Below, one piece after another: positions 10,588 through 20,388 of a stretch of DNA of 33,306 nt. Under the pieces are notes generated by a model. The model saw nothing but the letters and a program-made list of their open reading frames with translations, was not told the DNA's origin and made no database searches. Position 1 is the first letter of the stretch. Each line of letters opens with the position of its first letter. Source of the DNA: a bacterium (GTDB taxonomy: Bacteria > Margulisbacteria > WOR-1 > O2-12-FULL-45-9 > XYB2-FULL-48-7); NCBI GenBank assembly GCA_043812655.1, contig JBDRLW010000032.1, forward strand, positions 1 to 33,306, given 5' to 3'. The translations under genes were made by a program, and so were the position numbers.

Positions 10588-10624
10588 AGAAAAGCCCTGT
10601 GTTAATAGCTCGGGGCTTTTTCTT
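10588..10624 (+). terminator. Rho-independent terminator (possibly bidirectional)
   Basis: AAAAGCCCTG...CGGGGCTTTTTCTTT stem with U-tract, directly after the OMP gene. Confidence 0.8.
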
Positions 10625-10639
10625 TGGGCAATAGAATCA

Positions 10640-10668
10640 TTGAATACCGACCCATAATATAGTAAAAT
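10640..10668 (+). promoter_or_regulatory. sigma70-type promoter of the mraY-mur operon
   Basis: TTGAAT-N17-TAAAAT ending 6 nt before the GTG start of mraY. Confidence 0.6.
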
Positions 10669-10674
10669 TTAGGA

Positions 10675-11574
10675 GTGATAAGCCTAATTTTTGCTTTTTT
10701 TACCGCGGGATTGCTCTCTCTGATCATTACCTTTCCTATAGTTATAACGCTACAAGTTTTGAAGGCTGGACAAACTGTGAGAGCGGAAGGACCGTCATCC
10801 CATCAGGTAAAAACCGGAACCCCAACAATGGCCGGCATCGGGTTTATTTTAACGATAATTATCCTAACGATTATACTGATCAATATTGATCTTTATCCCC
10901 AATATATTGCCTTGATCTTATTAACTGTTTCGTATGCCACTATCGGTTTGGTTGACGATCTCCTTAAGGTCTTTCGGGGAAAAAACCAAGGGTTGACTTT
11001 TTGGCAAAAAATAATCGCCCAAACACTCTTTGCCGCCGGTTTTTCTCTCTCTTTTACCGGTTCGGTCATCCATCAATTAGCGATCATCTTTATCATCGTT
11101 GGAGCGGCGAACGCGACCAACTTGACCGACGGCTTAAATGGTTTGTTGGCAGGAACTGCCGGGATAGCTTTTATGGCTTTTGCGGTTTTGGCGCTGCAGC
11201 GGTCCCAACCGGAAGCGGTCACCTTTTCCTTGATATCAGCCGGTGCGATCTTTGCTTTTCTTTATTATAATTTTCCCAAAGCCAAGGTTTTTATGGGTGA
11301 TGTCGGTTCACTTGCCATTGGCGCCGCGTTGGCTGGTCTGGCAATCATCATGCACAAAGAGCTTCGACTGGCTCTTATCGGCGGGATCTTTGTCATTGAA
11401 GCCTTATCCGTCATTCTCCAGGTCTTTTCCTATAAACTATTTAAAAGAAGGATCTTTAAAATGGCTCCTTTGCACCACCACTTTGAATTAATGGGTATAG
11501 CTGAAAAAAGAGTCGTGATCGGCTTTTGGGTCGCGGGGATCATTCTGGCTGTAATTGGAGTTAGGGTGAGGTGA
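10675..11574 (+). CDS. mraY: Phospho-N-acetylmuramoyl-pentapeptide transferase
   Basis: K.GTPTMAG, IGLVDD, NATNLTDGLNGL, VFMGDVGS, IFKMAPLHHHFEL. Confidence 0.97.
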   Translation: MISLIFAFFTAGLLSLIITFPIVITLQVLKAGQTVRAEGPSSHQVKTGTPTMAGIGFILTIIILTIILINIDLYPQYIALILLTVSYATIGLVDDLLKVFRGKNQGLTFWQKIIAQTLFAAGFSLSFTGSVIHQLAIIFIIVGAANATNLTDGLNGLLAGTAGIAFMAFAVLALQRSQPEAVTFSLISAGAIFAFLYYNFPKAKVFMGDVGSLAIGAALAGLAIIMHKELRLALIGGIFVIEALSVILQVFSYKLFKRRIFKMAPLHHHFELMGIAEKRVVIGFWVAGIILAVIGVRVR

Positions 11575-11576
11575 AT

Positions 11577-12821
11577 ATGAATTTAACAGGTAAGCATGTC
11601 ACAGTCTTCGGCTTGGGTAAAAGTGGGTTGGCGGCCGTTAAGAAGCTGGAATCAGTCGGCTCAATCGTAAAGACATCTGATACCAAGCTTGGCGGCCATA
11701 AACTAAGCGACATTGAAGGATCAGAGCTTATCATCGTTAGCCCGGGGATCCATCTTGATATCCCAGTCCTTGAAGAAGCCAAGAAAAGACAGATCCCGAT
11801 TATTTCCGAGCTTGAGCTGGCTTCGTATTTTTTAACCAAGCCAATTATTGCCATTACGGGGACAAATGGAAAAACAACAACAACAACTTTGATCGGTGAA
11901 ATATTGAAAGCTGGAGGTAAAAAAGTCGCGGTAGCTGGGAATATTGGTGATCCTTTAGTGGCCGTTGATGATAGCCAGCTCGATCATATTGTAGTTGAGG
12001 TTAGCAGTTACCAGCTGGAGACGATCGATAAATTTCGACCGCGTATTTCCGTTATTTTAAATATCCAGCCAGATCATTTGGAGCGCCATCATACAATGGC
12101 TGAATATATTAAACAGAAGGCTAAAATATTTAAAAACCAGCAAGGTGACGATTGTGTTGTCTACAACGAAGATGATGGGGAAGTTAGAAAGATGGTACGA
12201 GAGGCGAAGTGTGAGAAACAAGGATTTTCAAAAGCCAAGGCAGCAGAAATCATCACCATAGCTCCAAGTGAGATCAAAATTCCAGGACGACATAACCTGG
12301 AAAATGCGCTGGCCGCTGCCTCGGTCGCTAATCTTTGTGGCATTCCTAAAGAAGTGACCGCAAAAGTATTGAAAACCTTCCCTGGGGTAGAACACCGGAT
12401 CGAGTTCGTCACCCGGATAAATAATATTGATTTTTACAACGATTCCAAGGGGACGAACCCAGATTCCACCATGGTAGCTATTGAGACTTTTGCGGGGAAA
12501 GGGATAGTTCTGATCTTGGGAGGAAAAGAAAAAGGGGTAGATCTAACTCCATTAATTAATAAGATCAAAGCTAGTGTAAAAACTGTCATTTTGATCGGCG
12601 AAGCGGCCGAAATATTCGCCGCTGCCTTAAAAGACGGAGGCTATGACCATTATCATCAGGCCGGAATGTCGATGGAGGCGGGGGTAAAAAAGGCATTTTC
12701 ACTCGCCGCGCCTGGTGATATAGTATTACTTTCACCCGCCTGTGCCAGTTTCGATATGTTTAAAAATTATGAGGAGCGAGGGACAGTTTATAAAGTTATA
12801 TGCAGAAATCTAAACCCATAG
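11577..12821 (+). CDS. murD: UDP-MurNAc-L-Ala:D-Glu ligase
   Basis: GLGKSG, ITGTNGKTTTT, EVSSYQL, DHLERH, HRIE, NDSKGTN, LLSPACASFD. ATG 11577 follows a GAGGTG SD. Confidence 0.96.
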   Translation: MNLTGKHVTVFGLGKSGLAAVKKLESVGSIVKTSDTKLGGHKLSDIEGSELIIVSPGIHLDIPVLEEAKKRQIPIISELELASYFLTKPIIAITGTNGKTTTTTLIGEILKAGGKKVAVAGNIGDPLVAVDDSQLDHIVVEVSSYQLETIDKFRPRISVILNIQPDHLERHHTMAEYIKQKAKIFKNQQGDDCVVYNEDDGEVRKMVREAKCEKQGFSKAKAAEIITIAPSEIKIPGRHNLENALAAASVANLCGIPKEVTAKVLKTFPGVEHRIEFVTRINNIDFYNDSKGTNPDSTMVAIETFAGKGIVLILGGKEKGVDLTPLINKIKASVKTVILIGEAAEIFAAALKDGGYDHYHQAGMSMEAGVKKAFSLAAPGDIVLLSPACASFDMFKNYEERGTVYKVICRNLNP

Positions 12822-13888
12822 ATTATTTTTTTCTTTTTTCAGTCTTAGCGCTATCGGCGATAGGGCTGATCATGGTTTTTTCCGCCAGCCCAACCATGGC
12901 GATCAAACATGGCGATACTTTTTATTATTTAAAAAAGCAGCTCTTTTATATCGCGATCGGCGTTATCGCTCTTCTTTATGGGCTGCGACTCGATCTTGAT
13001 AATTTAAAATCCAAAACTTATCCAATAATGGGGATCGCCATTTTTTTGCTGGCATTGGTCTTTGTCCCCGGTGTTGGGCGTAAGGTTCTCGGGGCTTCTA
13101 GATGGATCGATCTAGGTATTTTGTCATTCCAGCCGTCTGAATTCATCAAGTTTGCCATGGTCCTTTTTATGGCTAAATGGCTGACCGATAATCAAGAACA
13201 TGTTGGTGATCTTATTAAAGGCTTTGTTCCGCCGCTCTTTTGGCTCGGCTTGGTCTCACTCCTGATCCTTAAACAACCGGATCTAGGGACGGTCATTACT
13301 ATTGGGGCAACGGTCTTTGCGATGTTACTCGTGGCTGGGGTCAACACTAATTATCTTTTAAGCCTTGGCAGTTTAGCCGGCATTGGCGTTTTAATTATTA
13401 GTTTAACCACACCATATCGGATGAGGCGACTGCTCGCATTTGTTGATCCGTGGAAAGATCCCCAAGGCGTCGGCTTCCATATTATCCAATCGCTTTTAGC
13501 GGTCGGCTCGGGCGGGCTTTTTGGCTTGGGGCTGGGCGGTTCCAGGCAGAAGTTTTTTTATCTTCCCCAACAATTCACCGATTTTATTTTTGCGATCACT
13601 TGTGAAGAGCTCGGGTTTATTGGCGGAGTAGGGATCGTGGCGTTATTCGCCTTCTTTGCTTTTAGAGGTTTCAAGATCGCCGTCGCCACTCCTGATCGGT
13701 TTAAATATTTACTGGTTACCGGCCTCGTTTCTTGGATAACACTGCAAGCGATCATTAATATTTCTGTTGTCTTGGGGCTGATCCCAACAACAGGCATTCC
13801 TCTGCCCTTTATCAGCTATGGCGGGACCGCCACGATCCTCAACCTATTCGCTGTCGGGTTAGTCCTCAACGTCTCCAGAAAGCCATGA
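12800..13888 (+). CDS. ftsW: Cell division SEDS protein FtsW
   Basis: MVFSAS, GASRWI, FQPSEFIK, QPDLGT, GLGGSRQKFFYLP, LPFISYGG. Lies between murD and murG. Confidence 0.95.
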   Translation: MQKSKPIDYFFLFSVLALSAIGLIMVFSASPTMAIKHGDTFYYLKKQLFYIAIGVIALLYGLRLDLDNLKSKTYPIMGIAIFLLALVFVPGVGRKVLGASRWIDLGILSFQPSEFIKFAMVLFMAKWLTDNQEHVGDLIKGFVPPLFWLGLVSLLILKQPDLGTVITIGATVFAMLLVAGVNTNYLLSLGSLAGIGVLIISLTTPYRMRRLLAFVDPWKDPQGVGFHIIQSLLAVGSGGLFGLGLGGSRQKFFYLPQQFTDFIFAITCEELGFIGGVGIVALFAFFAFRGFKIAVATPDRFKYLLVTGLVSWITLQAIINISVVLGLIPTTGIPLPFISYGGTATILNLFAVGLVLNVSRKP

Positions 13889-15006
13889 AAACCATTATCG
13901 TTTCCGGCGGGACCGGCGGCCATATCTATCCGGGGATCGCTATTGCCGAAGAAATAAGATCGCGTGACCCCAAGACCGAGATCCTTTTCATTGGCAGTGA
14001 GGAAGGATTAGAAAAAGAGCTGGTGCCAAAGGCGGGCTTTGATATCAAACTGATAAAAGCCAGGGCGCTTCTGCGCAAACTATCATATAAGGCGATCTCG
14101 GCCCCGTTCGTTTCGGCTTTTGGTTTTTTCCAGGCCTTATCAATTATTAAAGCTTTTAAACCGCAGGCCTTAATTTCAACCGGCGGTTATGCCAGCTTAA
14201 CCTCCGTTGTTGCGGCCAAGATTTTAAATGTCCCGGTTTATATCCACGAACAAAATGTCTTGCCGGGAATAACAAACAAACTTTGTTTCCGATTCGCTAA
14301 TAAAATATTTTTGACTTATAAGGAATCTTTGGCCTTCCATTCAGGCCTTGTTGTTGGCAATCCGATCAGAAAAGAGATCTTGGCTACTAATAAGGAAACC
14401 GCCAAAAAGGAGCTGGCGATCCCTGCCGGGAAAAAAGTTCTGTTAATTATGGGCGGAAGCCAAGGCTCAAGACAGATCAACCAGACAATATTGGGATCAC
14501 TGCCAAAATTAGCCGGCAGTGATTGGTACATTATCCATCTGATCGGAAAAAGGGATTATCCTCAAATAATGGAACCTGAGACTGAAAGTCTCGGTTCCAT
14601 TGGAAAAACTAAAGGAACCGCGAATTTCATTCGCAGGTTGAAGGATTGCCCCTTTTATCGTCCCGTCGATTACCTGTATAATGTAGGTGAGGCGGTCGCT
14701 GCCTCCGACCTGGTAGTCAGCCGGGCTGGAGCAACTGCTATTGCTGAATTTACCGCCAGCGGATTGCCGATGATCTTGGTCCCGTTCCCGTTCTCGGCTG
14801 AAGGCCATCAAGATCTTAATGCCGCGGTAGTGGCCAAAGCTGGAGCGGGGATCGTCATTAAAAATAATGATTTTGTCCCTGATGTTTTTGTTGCCAAATT
14901 AAAAGAGCTGGAAAATAAATTAGTTGGAATGGGTAAAGCGGCTAAAACATTGGCCAAACCAGACGCGGCTAAAAAGATAGTAGATAACATTAATGAAAAA
15001 GCTTGA
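13885..15006 (+). CDS. murG: Lipid II GlcNAc transferase MurG, carrying an in-frame palindromic-element insertion
   Basis: GGTGGHIYPG, HEQN, GNPIR, GGSQGS, SRAGA, HQ..NA. Confidence 0.96.
   Translation: MKTIIVSGGTGGHIYPGIAIAEEIRSRDPKTEILFIGSEEGLEKELVPKAGFDIKLIKARALLRKLSYKAISAPFVSAFGFFQALSIIKAFKPQALISTGGYASLTSVVAAKILNVPVYIHEQNVLPGITNKLCFRFANKIFLTYKESLAFHSGLVVGNPIRKEILATNKETAKKELAIPAGKKVLLIMGGSQGSRQINQTILGSLPKLAGSDWYIIHLIGKRDYPQIMEPETESLGSIGKTKGTANFIRRLKDCPFYRPVDYLYNVGEAVAASDLVVSRAGATAIAEFTASGLPMILVPFPFSAEGHQDLNAAVVAKAGAGIVIKNNDFVPDVFVAKLKELENKLVGMGKAAKTLAKPDAAKKIVDNINEKA
14568..14639. repeat. REP-like hairpin doublet within the murG coding sequence
   Basis: AATGGAACC(T)GAGACT-GAA-AGTCTC-GGTTCCATT, then AAGGAACC-GCGAAT-TTC-ATTCGC(A)GGTT. 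The reverse complement of 14612-14639 matches 20613-20640 at 27/28. Confidence 0.85.
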
Positions 15007-16378
15007 TATAGATCGGCCCAAAAATATCCATCTGATCGGTGTTGGCGGCTGCGGCATGTCGGCCATCGCCAAGATCCTCAAGGAAATGGGGCATAAAGTC
15101 AGCGGGTCTGACGTTAAAGAAGGACCCAACACTATGCGGCTAAAAGAGTTGGGCGTTAAGATCTGTATTGGCCATGAAGCGTCGCTGGTCAGAGAAGCTG
15201 ATATTGTGGTCTATTCTTCAGCCGTCACTAAAGATAACCCTGAAATGATGGAAGCAAAAGGCAAAGGTATCCGGATATTAAAAAGGGCTGAGATGTTGGC
15301 AATGATCATGGACCGGTCAAAAGAGCGCATCGCCGTCGCGGGAACCCATGGTAAAACAACGACAACAGCCATGCTGGCTAAAGTGCTGGAAGCGGCCAAG
15401 CTTAATCCAACCTTTATGATCGGCTGTGATATGGATTATGTTGATGGGAACGCCAAATTGGGCAACGGCAAGGTGATGGTCACCGAAGCCGACGAATCTG
15501 ACAGCTCCTTTCTTTTTTATTCTCCGACCGTTGAAATTATTACCAATATTGAAGCCGACCATATGGAACATTTTGGCGATATGGAAGAATTGCTGGCAAC
15601 TTTTGAAAAATTTGTCAGCCGGCTGGCGGAGGACGGTTTTATCGTGATGGAAGGGAACGATCCCAATAACCAGAAACTGATGGCTAATAACCACCACCGT
15701 TACATTACTTATGGGCTAACTGGCGATCTAGATTATACTGCCAAAGACCTAACTTATGATAAATACTTGTCGCGTTACAAGCTTTTCAATAAAAATAAGG
15801 AGCTAGGCGACGTAGAGCTTTCTGTCCCCGGCTGGCAAAACATTTTGAACAGCTTGGCTGTTTTTGCCGTTGGCTTTGAAATGGGGATCGATTTTCCTTT
15901 GATCAAAGGGGCGCTCCGTTCCTTTGTCGGGGCTAGGCGGCGGTTTTCAACCGTTGGGGAAGAAAAAGGGGTCTTGATCATCGATGATTACGCCCACCAT
16001 CCGACCGAGATCAAAGCAACGCTGACCGCGGCCAGAAGCGGCTGGCCGGGACGCCGGATCATCTGTGTTTTCCAGCCTCATCGTTATACCAGGACGCTTT
16101 TACTCAAAGATAAGTTCGGTGAGGCGTTTGATAATGCCGACAAAACGATCATTGCCGATGTTTATGCCGCTTCCGAAGCACCGATCCCCGGTATTTCTGG
16201 ACAAACTATCTCTGACCTGCTTGATCCCCAAAAAGCCTCTTTTGTCCCGAAAAAAGAACAGATCGTTGACTTGCTTTTAGACGAGATCAAAGAAGGGGAT
16301 ATAATTATGACGCTCGGCGCGGGAGACATTCATACCGTGGGGAGGGAAATATTGTCTAGGCTGAAGATGAGGATTTAA
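14993..16378 (+). CDS. murC: UDP-MurNAc:L-Ala ligase
   Basis: IGVGGCGMS, AGTHGKTTTT, EADESD, DDYAHHPTEI, FQPHRYTRT, LGAGDI. Confidence 0.97.
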   Translation: MKKLDIDRPKNIHLIGVGGCGMSAIAKILKEMGHKVSGSDVKEGPNTMRLKELGVKICIGHEASLVREADIVVYSSAVTKDNPEMMEAKGKGIRILKRAEMLAMIMDRSKERIAVAGTHGKTTTTAMLAKVLEAAKLNPTFMIGCDMDYVDGNAKLGNGKVMVTEADESDSSFLFYSPTVEIITNIEADHMEHFGDMEELLATFEKFVSRLAEDGFIVMEGNDPNNQKLMANNHHRYITYGLTGDLDYTAKDLTYDKYLSRYKLFNKNKELGDVELSVPGWQNILNSLAVFAVGFEMGIDFPLIKGALRSFVGARRRFSTVGEEKGVLIIDDYAHHPTEIKATLTAARSGWPGRRIICVFQPHRYTRTLLLKDKFGEAFDNADKTIIADVYAASEAPIPGISGQTISDLLDPQKASFVPKKEQIVDLLLDEIKEGDIIMTLGAGDIHTVGREILSRLKMRI

Positions 16379-16383
16379 AAGCT

Positions 16384-16480
16384 CCAAATCCTAAATTCTA
16401 AACTCTAAATAATTATCTAATTTCAAATATTTAAAATTTATTATTTTGAGTTTGTTTAGAGTTTAGTGTTTAGAATTTAT
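16384..16480. repeat. Inverted pair of heptamer arrays around an AT-rich core (murC-murB spacer)
   Basis: CCAAATC-CTAAATT-CTAAACT-CTAAATA ... TGTTTAG-AGTTTAG-TGTTTAG-AATTTAT. 16398-16409 is the exact reverse complement of 16455-16466, and 16392-16403 of 16468-16479. Confidence 0.8.
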
Positions 16481-16484
16481 TAAC

Positions 16485-17357
16485 ATGAAATATTTACGCA
16501 ACGAACCATTAAAAAAACATACTTCGTTCCGGATCGGCGGGCCGGCCGATTATTTCTGCACGCCAAAAAATATTGACGACTTAAAGGCGGCCATTTTATT
16601 CGCCAAAGAAAAAGCTTTACCGATCGCGCTGATCGGAGCCGGGACAAATCTTTTATGCCTCGATAAAGGCTTTGCTGGCTTGGTGATCAAAATGGCTGGG
16701 GGTTTAAAGGAAGTAAAGGAATCTGAAGGGCGGCTGGTCGCCGGAGGCGGGGCACTTTTAGGCCAATTGATCATTGCCGCCGCTAATCATGGGCTAGCTG
16801 GCCTGGAGTTTTTAGCCGGGATACCCGGGACTATTGGCGGCGCGGTAGTCATGAATGCTGGCGCTTGGGGAGAAGATATCAGTAGACTGATCGAAAATGT
16901 TACGACCCTTGATTATAAGGGGAAGGAAAAAATATTCAGCAAAGACGCGTTGGATTTTTCTTACCGCCATAGCTTATTACAAGATAAAAAAAACATTGTC
17001 GTTTCCACGACTTTTAAGCTAAAGAAAAGCAATAAGCCGGCGGTGATGGCAAGGTTAAAAGAATTCACCTCTAAAAGAAAAAATCGCCAGCCGCTCGGCA
17101 TCCCTAATGCCGGATCGATATTTAAAAATCCACCAGGGACCTTTGCCGGTAAACTTTTAGAAGATGCCGGCTGCAAGGGACTCCGGGTGGGGGACGCCGG
17201 AGTTTCCGCCAAGCACGCGAACTTTATCGTTAACCTTGGCGACGCCAAGTCGAGCGATGTCCTTAAATTAATGACTAAAATGGAAAACTTAGTTTACAAT
17301 AAGTTTAAAATTAAGCTTGAGCCAGAGATCAAGATCATGGTAAAATCGACTCAATGA
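16485..17357 (+). CDS. murB: UDP-N-acetylenolpyruvoylglucosamine reductase
   Basis: HTSFRIGGPAD, GLEFLAGIPGTIGGAVVMNAGA, FSYRHS, NAGSIFKNP, HANFIVN, LEPE. Confidence 0.96.
   Translation: MKYLRNEPLKKHTSFRIGGPADYFCTPKNIDDLKAAILFAKEKALPIALIGAGTNLLCLDKGFAGLVIKMAGGLKEVKESEGRLVAGGGALLGQLIIAAANHGLAGLEFLAGIPGTIGGAVVMNAGAWGEDISRLIENVTTLDYKGKEKIFSKDALDFSYRHSLLQDKKNIVVSTTFKLKKSNKPAVMARLKEFTSKRKNRQPLGIPNAGSIFKNPPGTFAGKLLEDAGCKGLRVGDAGVSAKHANFIVNLGDAKSSDVLKLMTKMENLVYNKFKIKLEPEIKIMVKSTQ
17338..17346 (+). promoter_or_regulatory. Extended -10 promoter inside the murB 3' end, for transketolase
   Basis: TGGTAAAAT, 7 nt before ATG 17354. No SD. Confidence 0.5.
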
Positions 17358-18169
17358 ACAAGAGCGAACTGGCCGGCATAGCGGTAAAATTAAGACGACA
17401 TATTATTGAAATGACATGCGCGGCCGCTTCGGGACACCCGGGAGGTTCGCTTTCTGCCGCCGATATTATTACGGTCCTTTATTTTCATAAACTTAAACAT
17501 AATCCCAAAGATCCAGGTTGGATCGACCGCGACCGTTTTGTCATGAGCAAAGGCCACGCCGCTCCGGTCTTATACGCGGCTCTGGCCGAATCGGGTTATT
17601 TCCCTGTTGAATATCTTAAAACCCTGCGCCAGGTCGGAAGTTCTCTCCAAGGGCACATTGATATGTTGTCCCTGCCTGGCATAGAAATGTCGACCGGATC
17701 GCTCGGCCAAGGATTATCAACAGCCAATGGGATGGCTTTGGCTGGAAGGCTTGATAAAAAAAATTATCGCGTCTATTGTTTGCTTGGCGACGGCGAGTGC
17801 CAAGAGGGACAAGTCTGGGAAGCGGCCATGACCTCGGCCCATTATAAGCTCGATAACCTGACCGCCATAGTCGACCATAATAAATACCAGATCGACGGGA
17901 AGATCGAGGAGATAAAGAACTTGGCGCCTTTTGCCGATAAATGGAAAGCTTTTGGCTGGAACGTGATCTCTTGCGACGGCCATAAGATCGAAGCAATTAT
18001 TGACGCGTTAGACAAAGCGGAAAAGACCAGGGGGAAACCAACAGTAATAATTGCCGATACAATAAAAGGAAAGGGCGTTAGCTTCATGGAACAAAGCCCT
18101 TTAGATTATCATGGAAAGGCGCCCACCACAGAAGAACAGACCAAGGCGATCTGTGAACTATGCCAATGA
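17354..18169 (+). CDS. Transketolase, N-terminal (TPP-binding) subunit
   Basis: GHPGGSLS, DRFVMSKGH, STGSLGQG, GDGECQEGQVWEA, TIKGKG. Confidence 0.94.
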   Translation: MNKSELAGIAVKLRRHIIEMTCAAASGHPGGSLSAADIITVLYFHKLKHNPKDPGWIDRDRFVMSKGHAAPVLYAALAESGYFPVEYLKTLRQVGSSLQGHIDMLSLPGIEMSTGSLGQGLSTANGMALAGRLDKKNYRVYCLLGDGECQEGQVWEAAMTSAHYKLDNLTAIVDHNKYQIDGKIEEIKNLAPFADKWKAFGWNVISCDGHKIEAIIDALDKAEKTRGKPTVIIADTIKGKGVSFMEQSPLDYHGKAPTTEEQTKAICELCQ

Positions 18170-19104
18170 TGATCGCCACCCGCGACGCTTATGGTAAAAC
18201 TTTAGCGGAACTGGGTAAGACCAATCCAAATATTGTTGTCCTTGATGCCGACCTCTCGGCTTCGACCAAAACGATCAATTTCGCCAAATTATTCCCGGAA
18301 CGTTTTTTTGACATGGGGATCGCCGAGCAAGATATGATCGGAACAGCTGCCGGTCTGGCAGCCTCCGGAAAAATCGCCTTTGCTTCGACATTTGCCGTTT
18401 TTGGTTCTGGGAGAGCTTGGGATCAGATCAGGATGACCGCCGCCTATACCAGGCTAAATGTTAAAGTGGTCGTTACTCACGCCGGCATTACGGTCGGCGA
18501 AGATGGCGCCTCTCACCAAGCTAATGAAGATATTGCGATCATGCGCGCTTTGCCTAACATGACAGTGATCGTCCCTGCCGATTCGATTGAAACAGAAAAG
18601 ACGATCATCGCCGCGGCCGAATTTTACGGCCCCATGTATATCCGCCTTGGCCGCTCAAAAGTTCCTGTTATTAACGATAAACCAGGTTATGAGTTTAAGA
18701 TCGGCAAAGGGAATATCATCCAAGATGGAAAAGAGGCAACGGTTATCGCTTGCGGCCTTATGGTCTCTGCCGCTCTTGACGCGGCTGACAAATTAAAGGG
18801 CGAAGGCATAAATATCCGAGTAGTAAATATGCATACAATTAAACCGATCGATAAGGACTTAATAATCCGCTGCGCGGCAGAAACTGGCGCTATCGTTACC
18901 GCCGAGGAACATTCGATCATTGGCGGTTTGGGTGGAGCGGTCACCGAAATCGTCGTTGAAAATAAACCTGTTCCAATGGCTCGGATCGGGATGAGGGATG
19001 TTTTTGGCGAATCGGGTAAGCCGGAAGAATTACTGGTTAAATATGGCTTAACCGCCGAAGAGATTGCCAAGGCGGTTAAAGCGGTCATTAAAAAGAAAAA
19101 ATGA
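18160..19104 (+). CDS. Transketolase, C-terminal subunit
   Basis: ATRDAYG, GIAEQ, GEDGASHQ, YIRLGR, TIKPID, EEHS..GGLG. Confidence 0.94.
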   Translation: MPMMIATRDAYGKTLAELGKTNPNIVVLDADLSASTKTINFAKLFPERFFDMGIAEQDMIGTAAGLAASGKIAFASTFAVFGSGRAWDQIRMTAAYTRLNVKVVVTHAGITVGEDGASHQANEDIAIMRALPNMTVIVPADSIETEKTIIAAAEFYGPMYIRLGRSKVPVINDKPGYEFKIGKGNIIQDGKEATVIACGLMVSAALDAADKLKGEGINIRVVNMHTIKPIDKDLIIRCAAETGAIVTAEEHSIIGGLGGAVTEIVVENKPVPMARIGMRDVFGESGKPEELLVKYGLTAEEIAKAVKAVIKKKK

Positions 19105-19568
19105 AAAAACTACGGCCAGGCTGGGACGATTATTTCATGAAGATCACGCAAGATGTCAGCGAACGGGCAACTTGCATCAAACGCCAGGTTGGGGCGATCA
19201 TTGTTAAAGACCACCGCATACTTTCTTCTGGTTATAACGGCGCGCCCAAAGGGTTTGACCATTGCACCGAAAAATCTTGCATCAGGAAACAAATGAATGT
19301 GCCGACCGGCCAGCGCCATGAGCTTTGCCGCGGGCTTCACGCTGAACAAAACGCTGTTATTCAAGCGGCTTGGCACGGTGTGAAGATCGAGGGGGGCACT
19401 CTTTATTGCAACTACCAACCGTGTGTTATCTGTGTTAAGATGATGCTCAACGCCGGGATCGTTAAACTTGTCTATGGCGGCGGCTATCCGGACGAATTAG
19501 CCGCGGAAATGCTTAAAGAATCAGATTTGGAGGTTATCAAGTATGAAGGTGGGGTTCTTAGGTCCTGA
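19101..19568 (+). CDS. dCMP deaminase family protein (ComEB-like)
   Basis: RP.WDDYFM, GYNGAP, HAEQNA and PCVIC zinc motifs. Confidence 0.92.
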   Translation: MKKLRPGWDDYFMKITQDVSERATCIKRQVGAIIVKDHRILSSGYNGAPKGFDHCTEKSCIRKQMNVPTGQRHELCRGLHAEQNAVIQAAWHGVKIEGGTLYCNYQPCVICVKMMLNAGIVKLVYGGGYPDELAAEMLKESDLEVIKYEGGVLRS

Positions 19569-20388
19569 AGGGACATATTCGGAAGAAGCGAGCCGGCTTT
19601 ATGTTAAAAAATTAGAGGATAAGGCCAATTTGATCCCGTTTTCGACTTTCCATGACCTGCTTAATGCCGCTGACCAGGGCAAAGTTAAGGAAGCTATCCT
19701 CCCGATCGAAAACTCGATCGAAGGAACGATCGGGATAGTGACCGATATGTTGGTCAAAGAAGTTGATCTTCTGATCAGGCAAGAGATCATCCTCCCTGTT
19801 TATCATGCCCTGATGGCGCCAAAAGGGGTAAGACTTAAAGATATTACGGATATCATCTCTCATCCTCAAGGTCTCGACCAATGCAAAGATTATCTTAGGA
19901 AATATTTACCCAAAGCCAAACTCCATTTGGCCTATAGTACCGCTGATGCGGTCAAGCAGGTCGCCAGTCCCTTATCAGGCAAAGGGACATTCGCGGCCAT
20001 TGGCACAGCCGCCGCCGGCAAACTTTATGGTTTAAAGGCCTTAGCGACTAAAATTAATGCCGATGAGAATAAGACCAGGTTTGTTGTTTTAGCCAAAAAA
20101 GATCATGTCCGGACCGGGAATGATAAGACCTCGATCGTTTTTTCGATCGCCAAAGACCGGCCAGGCGGATTGCATGATGTTCTCAGCGAGATCGCGATGA
20201 GGAATATCAACCTGACAAAGATCGAATCCCGCCCGTCGAAAAAAGCGCTAGGCGATTATTATTTCTTTGCCGATATGCAAGGGCATAGGCAAGACAAGAT
20301 CATTGCCGAAACTCTTGGCGAGATCAGGCGTAAAACATCATTCTTGAAATTATTGGGTTCATATCCACGGGTAAGATATGGGAAATAA
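19543..20388 (+). CDS. pheA: Prephenate dehydratase (monofunctional, with ACT domain)
   Basis: FLGPEGTYSE, PIENSIEG, SHPQ, N.TRF, NLTKIESRP, LLGSYP. Confidence 0.95.
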   Translation: MKVGFLGPEGTYSEEASRLYVKKLEDKANLIPFSTFHDLLNAADQGKVKEAILPIENSIEGTIGIVTDMLVKEVDLLIRQEIILPVYHALMAPKGVRLKDITDIISHPQGLDQCKDYLRKYLPKAKLHLAYSTADAVKQVASPLSGKGTFAAIGTAAAGKLYGLKALATKINADENKTRFVVLAKKDHVRTGNDKTSIVFSIAKDRPGGLHDVLSEIAMRNINLTKIESRPSKKALGDYYFFADMQGHRQDKIIAETLGEIRRKTSFLKLLGSYPRVRYGK

